This document shows, piece by piece, positions 38,501 to 51,364 of a stretch of DNA of 64,000 nucleotides. Source of the stretch: Camelus dromedarius. Taxonomy: Eukaryota. Each line of letters opens with the position of its first letter. The first letter of the stretch is position 1. The stretch covers positions 6,014,001 through 6,078,000 of the forward strand of contig NC_087436.1 of the NCBI RefSeq assembly GCF_036321535.1, read 5' to 3'. The notes below the pieces were generated by a model. It did not search any database, had not been told where the DNA came from, and worked only from the letters and a program-made list of their open reading frames with translations. The position numbers were made by a program, and so were the translations under genes.

Positions 38501-40123
38501 CAAACCAGTCTTAAAACTTAAATAGCCACTATTATCACATTATATCATTACTTATGCAGCGCGACTAAAGGTAACGTGGTCCAGCTACGTCTAAACCCGG
38601 GATTCATTCTAGTTTCCTTTCTTAGGGCCACCCTATGAAACATGAGCAAAAGTGATTGTCTCCTCCATGGTGGACAAATATGGTACAAAAAGTGGATATG
38701 TGGGGATGGTAACAGGAAAGAGATAGAAAGGTTAATTAATATTTTTTTCCATCTGAAATTAGCATATCGTAGCATACAAAATTACCAGTCCTTATTTTGT
38801 TGGTGACTCCAAGAGTTGGTGTGTTCATGTGTGTGACTATTTCAGAAGACGTATCATTTCATCTTGGTCCACGTCGAGTCATTAGAATGATACTCTAGTG
38901 CAGATCCCACGACAATCAAGGCATTTTCCTGATTTTCAGAACATTTTCTGTGCTAAATAACTCCTGTTGCCAGAACCAGTTTTCTCCAGACGTAGGAATG
39001 AAACCAGAAAAAGACTTGTTAGTTCTTTCTTTTTTTAAGTTAAATGGATTCTTGAGGGAGATCCATTATCCTGTGAATCAGTCTCTCCAGAGCGGCAGAC
39101 TAAACTGTTATAATGCAATAAACATGATTTCAGTTTCACTCCCTCTTCATTGTTCTTCAAAAGGTATATTAATAATCAGTGTAGAACATGCTTTAGTAAC
39201 ATAGCACCTGTTTCCATGTCCCAGAACAACGCAGAGACAGAGCAAGCCCTCATCCAAACACACAAAGCCAGCCACTAACGGAAACTCCGTCTACTCATTT
39301 TTCCTGTGTGTTTAGGTCGTGCAGATCTATTGCACTGTTTTATTGCTACGAATCTATTAATTTGCCTCAAAGATATTTTTTCAAAAACCCTCTCTTTCCT
39401 AATACTTGTGCCAAATACCCATATTCTAGAAAACTCCTCTGAATTTTTTACACTGTTTGTGTGTCTACATCTCCTAATTGGGGACACTTTCATGCCCGAA
39501 TTATAGATAATATATGGTAGCACATCACCTCCACCAGCAGACATAAAACCATGAAAACGAGAAATGGTATCTTTGCAGCCCCTACAACACCAAGCAGTGT
39601 GTCTGAGTGTTTTGCATGAGGCGGACAGTCAGCAAAGGTTTTCTAAAAGAATTAGTGGATGAATAGATAAAACCAGTCATTTAGTAATTATTTCTAGATG
39701 TAAGGGTGTTTCAGAGAGATTTTTAGGCACCCAACAAAGTGAATATTTTGTGTATGTATGTGTGCTTTTAAGCATAAAAACTTCAAAATATTCGTCTTGA
39801 AAAAGATAAACAAGATTTTAGGTCAAGGTCTGATTGCCATAAAATTTGCTTGCATAAAAAATATGTTATCTGGGAGGTAAACATTAAACAACGTTTACAG
39901 GTGGATTGAAAATCAACACGTAGAAATAGTTCAACGTTTCTATTAATAGCAGTGCTTTTCTATAAAACATAATGTTCTTTAGGGGAACAAAAATGAGGCA
40001 GATTTTTCTTTGCAAATCGAATATCCGCTGGATTCATTTTAGCCATTGCTGTCCATGATAGAAATGATAGAAAGATAAGGCACAAACCATCAGTATGATG
40101 CAGAATTCAATTATCTACATTCA

Positions 40124-40272
40124 AGAAAGAGAGGAAAGTAGAGAAGGGAGAAGGGAGAAAGAAATCAAAGAGGAGATAAAAGGAAGAAAGGAAAGGAAAG
40201 GAAGAGAGGAAGAAAGAAAAAAGGGAAGGAAGGAAGGAGGGAAGGAGGGGGGGAAGAGAGAGAGAAAAGAAA
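40124..40272 (+). repeat. GA-rich polypurine low-complexity tract
   Basis: Direct reading. It explains ORFs 40095-40301 and 40107-40349. Confidence 0.92.
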
Positions 40273-41609
40273 TTCTCAGGCATAGTAACAACACACCCTA
40301 ATTTTAACTTCCCATTTGGGGAGAAGAAGCTTTCCCACAATAAAGTCATTCTCCAACTTGACTCATCAGCGTGTTAATGGAAAAATTATTTCAATTTCGC
40401 CCATGTCTCTTACCGCCTGGGTATGACCCAACTCCCCGCGATTTTGGAAATAGTCATTAGAATTTGATATTGCTGTCTGTTGCATTCACAATCTGAATGT
40501 TTCACGACAGAGGAGGAAATGATTCTGCAAGAGAAAAAGCTGGGAGATGCTGTATTTAATTGATGCCCAAGGGAAGCCATGAAAAAGCAGAAAATGGTGT
40601 TTGTCACGTCCTAATTTTAAGCACTGTTTACCAGATCTACTTACATGTACTGCTCTCGCCTCCCACTCAGCAGCTGCAGAGCCGTTCGATGAAGAACCAC
40701 CCTGGGTTTCCAGAATTTGGCGTGAGTAATAGGATACAGAGGATGGATACAGAAGCTGCACTTTAATGCAGCTAAATTCTAAGGCTCAGGGCAGACCCTG
40801 GGCATAAACACCTGCTCACGTAGCAGCAGATGTAAAGGAGACATCACAGCTCTGTGGAGCCCTTGCAAGGCACTGAGCTACTCGGTTAGTATCATACGTT
40901 CTCTGCATGCTTGATCAAGTGATGTTAGTCACATTAATCTGAAAAGACTAGTTTATATTTTATTTTTCTAAACAAAGGGACATTTCTACAAAGAAAAAGA
41001 GCGTGAAAAATTATGAGAGATTCTTTCGCCTTTGGTCCAACTACATGGCTAGAGGAGGCAGGTCTCACTTCTGACCTGGATGGAATAAATGTGAACCTCT
41101 TGTTAAAGGGGCGGAGACTCGGTCCCCGGTCCCCACCAGTGCGGCGACACGCCCATGTGAAAAGAAGGGGGAAAGGTCTGCTCGGGGAATTGCTTGGCGA
41201 GAGGTCTGCCATGAATATCATCTCATCTGAGAGTCACAGAATTAAATGAGGTAGCGCTTACCCCTATTTATCCGTGAAAATTCTTAGAAAAGCAACTTGC
41301 CAACCAGAATCCTAAACTGAGTGTCTGCTTCACACCTGTGTTGCTTCCACTCACCACGTGTCTTGTGACATGGAACCGAGCTTGTTGGAGATAATGATAT
41401 TTATTATTATGTCTCTTCCATGTCTGTTGGCCTGTCCCCAGTTATGCAATCTAACCGCAGTCATATATTTTTAGAGCATCCTTCTCTCTCCAGGTCACTG
41501 TGACGCAGTCCTGAGTCCTGGCCTTCGTCTTGGATCTTGCAAATATCCCCAGCTCTTCCCCAAATTTTACCGTGGGGAGTAAGATGTGGGGATGGGGGAA
41601 AAAATCCAA

Positions 41610-42048
41610 GGTTCTGAGTTGGATAGTGTGCCCCCAACATCTGTGACCCTCCCAGAACCTCAGAATGGGACCTAATTTGGAAATAGGGTTGTTGCCGATG
41701 GAATTAGTTAGGATGAAGTCAGACTGGATTAGGGTGGCCCTGATCCAACATGACTGGTGCCCTTAGAAGAAAACAAGAGGTACAGAGACAGACAGACTGG
41801 GCAAAGGCCACATGAAGACGGAGATAGGGTTGGAATGATGGCTCTACGGGCCAAGGACGGCCATCCATCATCAGAAGCTAAGAGGAGGCCAGGAAAGCTC
41901 CCCTCAAGAAGATTCAGGGAGGGTGTGGCCCTGCCAAGCCCTGGGTTTCACAGCGTTTGCCTCCAGCACTGTGGTGCAATAGATGTCCACTGTTTTAAGC
42001 CTTGCAGTTCAGGGTAACTTGTTCCTGCAGACCTACAGAACTGAGACA
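41610..42048 (+). mobile_element. MLT1B/C-like MaLR solo LTR
   Basis: 'ccagaacctcagaatgggacctaatttggaaatagggt...gattagggtggccctgatcc...gcctccagcactgtg...tgttttaagcc...aactgagaca'. Confidence 0.9.
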
Positions 42049-43344
42049 CCCGGTGAGTGGTGTCACCGCCTGAAGACTTATTTCCTAAGCACTCCTCTCA
42101 CCTCCCCTGCTCTCCCCGTCTCCCCAAGAGCCCTAACTTCCCTGTTTCACAAAGACTTTCTCCACCCACATCCTTTCTTGTCTGTGTTATATTGTCAAGC
42201 AGCCTTGGTCTTATCTATTCTTTGCCTTCCCTTCCCTTCAAACCTCTTGAAAACCTGGATGCGCAGGTAATTTTTTCATCCAATCTCAAATGATTTTCCA
42301 TAATCAGAGGAGCTGGAAGAGAGGTGAGGAAGTGAAGATCCCTTGAACGTGAGGAGCCTGGGATCCCAGAGGAATGGGGAGTCTGGCCTCAACTCGACTG
42401 GGCTGTGAGTGGTCCAAGGAGAGATTCGGATTTCAACCAGGGGATCCCGAAAGACTGATGTTCCGATTCTCCATTTTTTTCTCTCAGGACAGGCAGCAGA
42501 GAGCAGAGAGAGGGCCATCTTTTACTTTATGCTGCTGAAAATCATTGCTGAAATAATTTGCGATCCCAGACCTCACCGTAGGTGTTAAAATTGAGCCACA
42601 CGGCAGAGACAGGGCTGCCAATTTACTTAGGGTTTCGATGACCGGCTCTTTTTGCCCTTTTCTTAGAAACTAATAAAAAGGTGAGTAAGAGTCACCTGCT
42701 GTTCTCTGCAGCTTCTTGACAGGTAGGCTGGCGTCCTGGGACTTTGCCAGCCTGCTTTGTGATAGCTCAATGACCCTGCCGGGGCGCCATCTGCTCTCCG
42801 AGACCTGGAAACGTGGCTGGAATGATCTGCCAGTGTCAGGCTGGTACAAGTCTCACATCCACACCGACAATAGTTTTTACACCCAGATCAGGATGCAGCT
42901 CCTGACAGGTACAGCAATACCTATGGGAGCAATGAAACAGGGTGTTCAAGTTCAAGACTGTCCTAGAAAAATCCTGTATCTCAGCCTAAAGTTACCTGCT
43001 CTGCTGGGTGCCTCTGGTATTGGGAGAGGAAAGTCACATATTGGTCTTAAATTTGATTCGGTTGGTCTTAAAATGAAACAAACAAATGGGTGATTAAAAT
43101 AACCTTAAATGACATCAAGTATTTTCATCTTGATTGCGTACTGCTAAAAAAAAAAAAACCTTTTATTATTTACTATAAAACATATATTGTATCATTATAT
43201 TTTATATGAATCTTTAATTAAAATTTTAAAGTATTAAAAAATGAAACAAAGCTCATTGTGGAGAAGCTATGTGTATGCCAAGGCAGTAACCCTCCCATAC
43301 ACTCCCTGTTAGTATTCAAGTCAGCTTCATGACGGTGATAATGG

Positions 43345-43560
43345 TAACTGTTTTTAGCACTGAGTGCATTTTATGTACAAGACATAGGACACATATTAAG
43401 CCTTCTACACGCACGGTCTCATCTCATCCTTGCAATAACCCAATGATGCAAGCATTTTAACTCCACTTTATGAATGAGAAAATCTAAGCCCCAAATCACA
43501 CAGCTAAAACATCACAGACTGGGATTTGAACCCAGCTCTGTCTAAATACAAAGAAGTTGG
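43345..43560 (-). mobile_element. MIR
   Basis: 'tctcatctcatccttgcaataacccaatga...ccactttatgaatgagaaaatctaag...ctgggatttgaacccag'. Confidence 0.8.
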
Positions 43561-44370
43561 CCATTGCTACAAGGATCAGCGTTCAGTAGACTATCACTTA
43601 AACGAAGCTGCCCTCCACTTTGTTTTCTATGGGACAGATAACTAACGTATGGAAACCACCCCCAACTTGAGTTCCCTGGAAGTCAGCACAGTGTCGAGCT
43701 TTTCACTCTCACGTTGAGGAGATCCATCAGAAAGCAAGTAGAGAGGAGAAGGAGGAGGGGGAGGAGGAGGAAAGGAAAGGGAGGAAAGAAGGAAGGAAGG
43801 AAGGAAGGAAGCTTCCTTGGTAGCTCTACATGATAATGAAGAGAATAACCAAGTCAATTCTGAATCTACTTTATCTGATGGGAAAGAAATCCATATTTCA
43901 CTTACTTGGATAAGAGATTATCTGAAACAAACAAACAAAAAGGATAAAAGATAACAGCATGAGACTTAAGGCACATTTAACATGGTTGGACATTATAGTT
44001 CACAAAAGAGACGTGAAGAATGAAATAGATTCGGATCATGGACATTTCCATTTTCAGTCATCAGGATTTTATTTTATTTTAATGTGGGTCAAAATGTAAG
44101 AAAGAAACGTTTTGTATTCCACATATGGTTATGCTGCGGGTTGGCGCATATGTACATCGTGGAGATTTTCACTTCATTAGCAAGAAGCTGTGGCTTTTAA
44201 AAAGGGGGAATCAATTTTATTTTTATTTTTGTGAAAATCTACTTTCCTTTCTTCATTTACCATACCCTCCCAAATGTACGTAATTATTTTGGTAAAAATA
44301 CATGCTTGCTTTTTGACAAAGGACAATTTTACTGATTAAAAACCAGGCTGCCGCACTTAAATAGGTAGCA

Positions 44371-44384
44371 GTTACCATGGAAAC
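44371..44384. promoter_or_regulatory. RFX X-box motif GTTACCATGGAAAC
   Basis: Matches the GTTNCCATGGNAAC consensus. Occupancy is not shown. Confidence 0.5.
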
Positions 44385-44914
44385 AATTTTACTTGGACTC
44401 GGAGCACATCTTGTTTTAGGGAGAGTAGTCCGTTGTTATGGCAATGAGGACTTGAGTGTTTTTCCCAAAAGGAGGCCAAGAGAGGCCAGATAATAGGGCT
44501 GCCAGTCCTGGAGCCTACAGGAAGGCAGGCGTGCCTTCCTCGGGTAGCTCGCAGCGTCATGGATGGTAAAACAACAGACATCGTTCCAGGCTTGCTTGGA
44601 AAGCTCTTGTCCCATGTGCCTCCCCTGTTTTATTTTTAACTGGAATGAATAATAATAAAGCTTGAAATTTTCCTCACTGAAGGCAACAAATTCAAATTGT
44701 CATTTCTATAGCAACCATATATGATGTTTCATTGAAACTTTAATAGAAACTATATTTGAGATACCACTGCATCGTTATTCAGTTATACCTAGATATTCTT
44801 TTTCATCTTGTAAATCACCTAAGCTTCAGTAAAATTTTTTTAAAAATTTAATGTATTTCAGATACTAGAAAAACCCTAATTTATCATCAATTTCATGACA
44901 TTTTGGCAACAATG

Positions 44915-45160
44915 ATGATAATACTGATAGTCAAAATGGACTGAATGTGTGCTATATGCTTGGCATTGTTCTAAGATTTTTGCTATATTAGCCCATTAAA
45001 ACTCTCATAACACCTGTCTTTGAGTGGGGCAGTGTTAACCTCTCCATTTGACAAAGGGAACTAAAGCACAAAGGGGTCAATTAATGTATCCAAGGTGACA
45101 GAGCAAAGAAATTCCAGAGCCAGGAACCAAGCCTGCGATGGTGTCCATGCACTTAAGCTA
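44915..45160 (-). mobile_element. MIR
   Basis: 'gctatatgcttggcattgttctaag...ctccatttgacaaagggaactaaagcacaaaggggtcaattaatgtatccaaggtgacagagc'. Confidence 0.8.
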
Positions 45161-45959
45161 TTTCCTCGTGCTTGGGTGTTCAAATCACTTAATACAGAAG
45201 TTTTTATTTTCTTATGTTACTATTAAATCTCAATTTAAATTGAAAGTACTTTAAATTACTTCAGCTATTTAAATAATTTCAATAATCTAAATTACAAAAT
45301 TATATTTGCTACCAAAACCTTTCCTAAGGAAGAGTATAAATTTCAGACAGGAATTGACAATGTAAACTTGGATTCAATCTAATTTAGTGGGTTTTCTCAA
45401 GAATGACCCTACACTGTTGCTATATTTAATCTTGGAGTTAAATTAATATTTAAGAAATTTGGGGTCATAAGTATGAAAGCCTTACCTGGACTGAAAAGAG
45501 TAGGATTCCTTGAGGCATTATTCTGAATACATTTCTAAGTCTGAAATATATATGCAAATATGAAAATAGCAACTAAAGAATTTACTGTGCTAGGACTCTG
45601 ATTAGAATTGCAAAATATTTTATTTCAGGGGCTTATGCCTTTTCTCATCAAAAATTTTCAGCCTTTCTAAACCAAAGCCATTTTTTTTTTCCTAGTCTGT
45701 GTTGCAGATGAATCATGAATTCATCTCATTTTAGTGTTGGAGGCAATGATTACATAAGTGTTTCAATAACACAAAATATTCATTCCACTTTGTTATTTAA
45801 AAAAAAAAAAAAAACTTGTGTTATTGAAAAAGTTGCTTTTCCTGCTATGTTTTTCCAGTGTAGGCAGGTGAGTTTTTGATAAATAAGTAGTTTCTACAAA
45901 GATAATGGTTGACCCAATAAAGGTTCTAGGTACATTAAAAAAATGCAATAAATACCTTC

Positions 45960-46085
45960 TAAATGCAGTGATATTTAAAGTATTGCATTTTGAATCAGAA
46001 GGAGGACAAGAATGCCACCACTACCACTATCACCACAATCAACATTGCACTGAAGACCCAGCCAGCCAACTAACACAAGCAAGTG
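45960..46085 (+). mobile_element. Short decayed L1 ORF2 (RT region) fragment
   Basis: 'gaatcagaaggaggacaagaatgccaccactaccactatcaccacaatcaacattgcactgaagacccagccag'. Confidence 0.6.
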
Positions 46086-47199
46086 TGGTTAGCAGGGGGT
46101 GACCAGATGTTCCTTTTATACTAATGCTCAAAACACTTAATACTTGATATTAAGATGTTCTCAAATAAAGAGCCCTGCAAACAGTAATTTGCTTAAATAG
46201 CAGTCTGGGTTAATAAAAGCCATGCCTCAGCTAATGGCTTTCCCCATGCCCCGGCACCGGCTAACTTGCCAATGCACATGTCAAACACAAGTGCAGACGT
46301 GCCCACCTCTTTCATGGCCAACACGCTACACCCTCATTCTCCAGCTCGACTGACTTACACCTCCAGTATTAATTGTTTACACAGTGTGTGTCCTCTGTGA
46401 TCACCCTAGTGTTTAGCCTCAAACTCACATATGCTCAGATCTGAGGCACTGATAAAATGTGTAAAACTATGACCTTGATGCTTCAAATTGCAGAGAGAAA
46501 CAGGAGTTTATTTCTTGGCATGCTCATTTCCTGATGACTGTGATCATTAGGTAGTGGGTTCTGTGGGCTTGGGTCTTAGGGAGAGGATCATTCTCATGTG
46601 TGTGTGTGTGTGTGTGTGCTCTAGTGAGCATACATAGTATATAATGTTCTAATGTTATGTAAGTAGTAACTGCAATTCACAGATGATCAATTAGCACATA
46701 AATCATTAGATCTAGAAATCAGTTTTCAAGGTAGGAACTGTCTTCATTGAACACACAATAATGAAGTCTAGGGAGAGAAAAAAATAATTTGCCCAAAGTA
46801 CTACAATTAGTCAATTAGTAAGTGATGGGGCTGAGGTATGAATACAGGTCTCACAAAAAATCCCTGTTCGTTTCCCTATAGAAAAGCATCACTCAAAAAT
46901 CTTTAAAATATTTTAGAAGAGAATTCTTAACTATATGGTGGAAAGAATGTTGTGCCTTTCAAATTGATTAAGGTATTTTGGAAACTATGTGTTTATTTTT
47001 CTTTATTTCCCCACTAGACAATCATAATATTCCATAAGAATTTCATAATTTTCAATAGATCCTAGGACTTTTTCTTCCTTGCTTCATAATTTTCTTTCTC
47101 TTTTTAACCATATTTCTTTATGTACATCAAAATTTTCCAGTTTTTTTCTAATCCACTTTTGAAGGAAACAACAGCTCTATTTTAACCTTGAATCTATTC

Positions 47200-48172
47200 A
47201 AAATAATAACAACAATATATTCAATTATACATGCTTATATGTAAGTAGAAATAGGTGATATCAAGGATACAAAGGATGAGAGGGAGGAACCAGCATTATT
47301 TTGTTATTAAAAGGTACTCACACTTAATATATTGTTATTTATAGCAACACTTGCTATAGTGTTATTTAACAGTGGATTTGGGTTAGTTATAAATATATAT
47401 TACTCCCTAGGGCAACCACTATAAAAACTATAACTGATAAAGCTAAAAAAGAAGATGAAATGGAGTCATATAAAATGCTTGATGAAAACCACAAAAAGAA
47501 GAAAAAAAGTGGAAGACAAAAAAAGAAGCAAAAAACAAGGGCAACAAATGGAAAGTCGTAACAAATATGGTAGCTGTTAATTCAGCTATATCAATAATCA
47601 TTTTAATTGTCAGTGGCCTAAAGGCACCAATTAAAAGACAGAGATTGTCAGAGTGAATCACAAAGTAAGACTCTTAAGTTGCTACAAGACACCAATTAAA
47701 ATATAAAGACACATAGAGACTAAAAGTAAATGGATGGAGGAAAAGATACTATGCTAATATTAATCAAAGGAAAACAGAATCAAAGCATGGAAAGTTGTCA
47801 GGAATGAAGAGGAGCATTATGTAATGATAAAGAGGATTCTCCAAGAAGCTATAATAATCTTTAACATGTATGTGCCGCACAACAGAGCATCAACGTCCAT
47901 GAAGCAAAGACTGATAGAACAGCAAGCTGAAACTGATGGGTCCACCATTGCAGTGGGAGATTCCACAGCCCTCTCAGCAGTGGACAGACTCAGCAGAAAG
48001 GAAATCAGTGGGGACACAGTTGAACTCAACACCACCATCCATCGACTGGATGTCGTGGACAGTTATGGACTGCTTCATCCGTGGACAGCAGGATTCACAT
48101 TCTCCTCAAGCTCACGTGGGACATTCAACAAAATAGACCTTAACAAATGTAAAAGTATGGAAATCATAGAGG
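47200..48172 (+). mobile_element. L1 inter-ORF region and ORF2 endonuclease remnant
   Basis: ORF 47824-48189 (MIKRILQEAIIIFNMYVPHNRAS...TIAVGD..LSAVDR...FTFSSSSRGTFNKID) is L1 endonuclease-like. Confidence 0.9.
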
Positions 48173-49544
48173 TGCAGAGAGACTTCTAAAGGAACACAAA
48201 TAAGAGTCAGTTGATCAGCTAAGAAAGAAATGGAAACTAGTATATGAAGCTTAGACTGAGTCCTTTTTTGGAAAGTAAGGACTCCAAAGGTGGAGACGAG
48301 GATGTGGGCTCTTCACGGAGAGGGAACTGCGTGTGCAGAGGTACAGAGGCGCGACCCAGCAAAGAAAAAAAAAAGCCGGTATTGATTAAATAGGAATGTG
48401 TGATTTTAGATTATCCTCTCTTTTTCAGAAATTTCCCACAAAAAGGAAGCAAGAAAGAGGATGGATAGCATGTAGGGTCAGTAAGAGTGTGTGTGTGTTT
48501 TGCTTGTTTATTTAAGATGGGAAAAGTTTAAATTGTGTCTCTTTGTCAAAAATGGGGGAAATGGGGTACATTGATGACCAATGCTTCTACCTGGGGAGAG
48601 AATGAGATTCAGGCTATAGTAAGAGAGACACCTGTTCCACCTGGACACGGGAAAGGTATAAAGGCAGAGGCTTGAAATGGGAGGTAAATATTTCTCTGAA
48701 CGCACGAGAGTCACACAGATATGAGATTATCTGATATGACAACCAGATACTAGATTATCTCTCCTAATGGCATAATGCAGTAAACAGCAGTACATACACA
48801 TCTTCCAGGCAACTTGTGGTCTGAAGTTTTTGATCCATTCTTATTAGATGATTCACATTTTACCACCATATATTATGATTTCTCAAAAACTAGGAAATAC
48901 TTGATTTTATATAGGAAACACTTTACTTTTTCAGAAGCTAGCCAGCAGCAGGAGGCAGGGAACATTCTGTCTTGTTCATCACCACTTCCCTGTGTGCCTG
49001 AAACATCGCGGTCACTGTGTGCAGGCTGCTAATGAATTAATTCAGGAGCGACCACGTTATGTAAGGGGATTCCTTATTCCCTGTTCTTGTATTCCACCCC
49101 CAGGACCCCTCCACTCTCTCACTCTTCCCTAAGGTAGTGCCTTAATCTTCTTAATAAGCTTTGAGAGAGAACCTTGTCTTGTGACACCGAGGCCCCTCCT
49201 TTCTCCTTTCCACAGGGACCAGCGGGTGTACAGCCCGGGCTACTAAGTGGGGAGGTCTTTCTAGTTCTGGACTTGAACGAATAAGCCTTGACTCATGAAT
49301 TTCAGCTCCATCAGAAATACAGGAGATAGTTTGGTTTACACCTGCCAATTCTCTAGCCTATTTCTCACTCGATTCAGAACTGCTGTGGGGATGTCGGTGT
49401 AACGTAATGTTACATATAATATAAATATTTATGTTTATTTTTATTATACATAAAATAAGTCTGAGACACATAGTTCAGCAAAGCAATTAGAAAGTAGCTT
49501 AGTTTCTGTGGGTTATTAAAATATATATATATATATATATTTCT

Positions 49545-49700
49545 GGAGGGAGGGTATAGCTCAGTGGTAGAGTGAATGTTTTGAGTGTACGAGGTCCTGG
49601 GTTCAATTCCCAACACCTCCATTTAAAAAATTTTTTTAATTAAAAAAAAATCTAGTTACCTCCCTGCAAAATAAAAACAAATAAATTAAAAAAGAGAACG
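49545..49700 (+). mobile_element. Camelid-type tRNA SINE
   Basis: 'ggagggagggtatagctcagtggtagagtg...gaggtcctgggttcaattcccaacacctcc'. Confidence 0.93.
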
Positions 49701-49728
49701 ACTTGCTAAATACATATATATATATTTC

Positions 49729-49788
49729 TTATGCTGAAACCAGAAATTGACACAACATGGTAAACTGACTATACCTCAGTGAAAAAAA
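49729..49788 (+). mobile_element. ~60-bp extreme 3' tip of a camelid-type L1
   Basis: 'ttatgctgaaaccagaaattgacacaacatggtaaactgactatacctcagtgaaaaaaa' matches the end of the L1 at ~26510-26567. Confidence 0.85.
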
Positions 49789-50299
49789 GTATATATATAT
49801 TTTTTTCTTATTAAGATCTGTAGCAAAGTCTTTGCTCTGACCTTGAAAAGCCATTCACATTTCGCATGACTCAGTTTCCTCACATCTCATGTGAAAATAA
49901 TCCCCTTCCTGCCTACTCGGCATGAATATGGAGATACCAAGATGAGACTGACTCGTGCCTCCTCCCAGCCAGTAAGCCACCCACTAGTCGCTAAAGCTCA
50001 CCATCAGCCAGAACACAGCACCAGCACTGACTTTGATCTGTTTTAGATGTTAAAGAGTGGAATAATGGACAAAGAAAAAGAATTGTAAAACAAAACAGAA
50101 CAAAAAACCAAAAAACAACAAAGAAACCGTAAAATGTTCACAATGTTGAATATGAAAAAGCACTATGCCAACAGGACATTATTGTTTTCGTAATAACCAG
50201 TGCGTGGGCTCCATCCCAGCTGGTGCTACATTAGGTAAGACCAGTGTGCTAGTCGTATTTGCCCTGATCGTGGCAACAGCTTCCAAAAAGTTCTCCTTA

Positions 50300-50460
50300 C
50301 ACTTATAAGTGACATCATGTGGCATTTGTCTTTCTCTTTCTGGCTTACTTCACTTAGAATGATGATCTGCAGGTCCATCCATGTTGTTGCAAATGGCATT
50401 GTTTTATTCTTTTTTATGGTTGAGTAGCAAGAATCTAAAAAACAGGACACAAAATGAACT
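50300..50460. mobile_element. L1 fragment with inversion (50300-50427 antisense; 50431-50460 sense)
   Basis: The antisense piece ends in L1 '...tcacttataagtg'. The sense piece begins with the directly following L1 bases 'gaatctaaaaaa...gacacaaaatgaact'. Confidence 0.88.
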
Positions 50461-51364
50461 ACTTATTATTTATAACTTAGATGACTGATTTCTTGAATAT
50501 GTGTAAGCACATCTGACTGTCCTTTATGATTGGATTACTGCATTCTGTTGATTCTTATTTTGTGGTTGGCTTTATTCCTTCGATAACTATGTGAATTTAA
50601 AAACCTCTAAATTGTTCATAGAAACAATCAATAGTACATATATGTAAATTTTAAAACAGCTTTATCTCTTAATGAGTTGCTCTTCCTAGAATAAACTTTG
50701 TTTAAACAAATAATTTTTTAAAAAATTAATTAAAAAAATTTTTTTAAAAAGGTCTCCTTGCCCATCAAAGAATGTTTCTGTCCCCTGACAGTCTCAGACT
50801 CAGTGAAGAAAAGAGATCATCATCAAGAGGGAAGGTTTATCCTCACAAGTGGAGTCTGAGACCAAATTTGTATTCAGATCATTCACTGGGGAGCAGGATT
50901 TGGGGCAGGAGGAACAGCCCCGTGCAGAGTTATCATGGGAAGTGGGAGGTTAATGACTGTAGGAGCTGATCCACCAGGACCCACCCTGCAACCTGCCCAG
51001 TGTCCTCAGCACCTCCTGGTCAGGGTCGGTTGGAAGCCGGCTCGCTCCATCGCTCCTCTTCCTGAGAACGAACTTCACCCGCCCTGGCTCCTCCACCAGC
51101 AGAAGAGAGAAGACACGGGAGCCTTGAGCTGAGACACTGCTGAAGTGTCTCAGTGTAAGGTGGCCGGAAGTCACTGCTTCCTGGGACCAGAGCTGAGAGC
51201 AGAGGTGGGGGGGGGGTGGTGGCAGCCGGGGGCAGGGACCATCTCCCTGCTGCTTTTTTATTCCATGGATATCGTGAAACAGAGATTTATTTCAGAAAGT
51301 AAACTGGGGATTTTTTTTATAGCAGAAAGTATAATAGTTCTATCATAAAACACGAACACACAAC

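Noticed and set aside
47824..48189. 121-aa ORF with endonuclease-like motifs
   Set aside because: A decayed fragment of L1 ORF2p, not a standalone gene.
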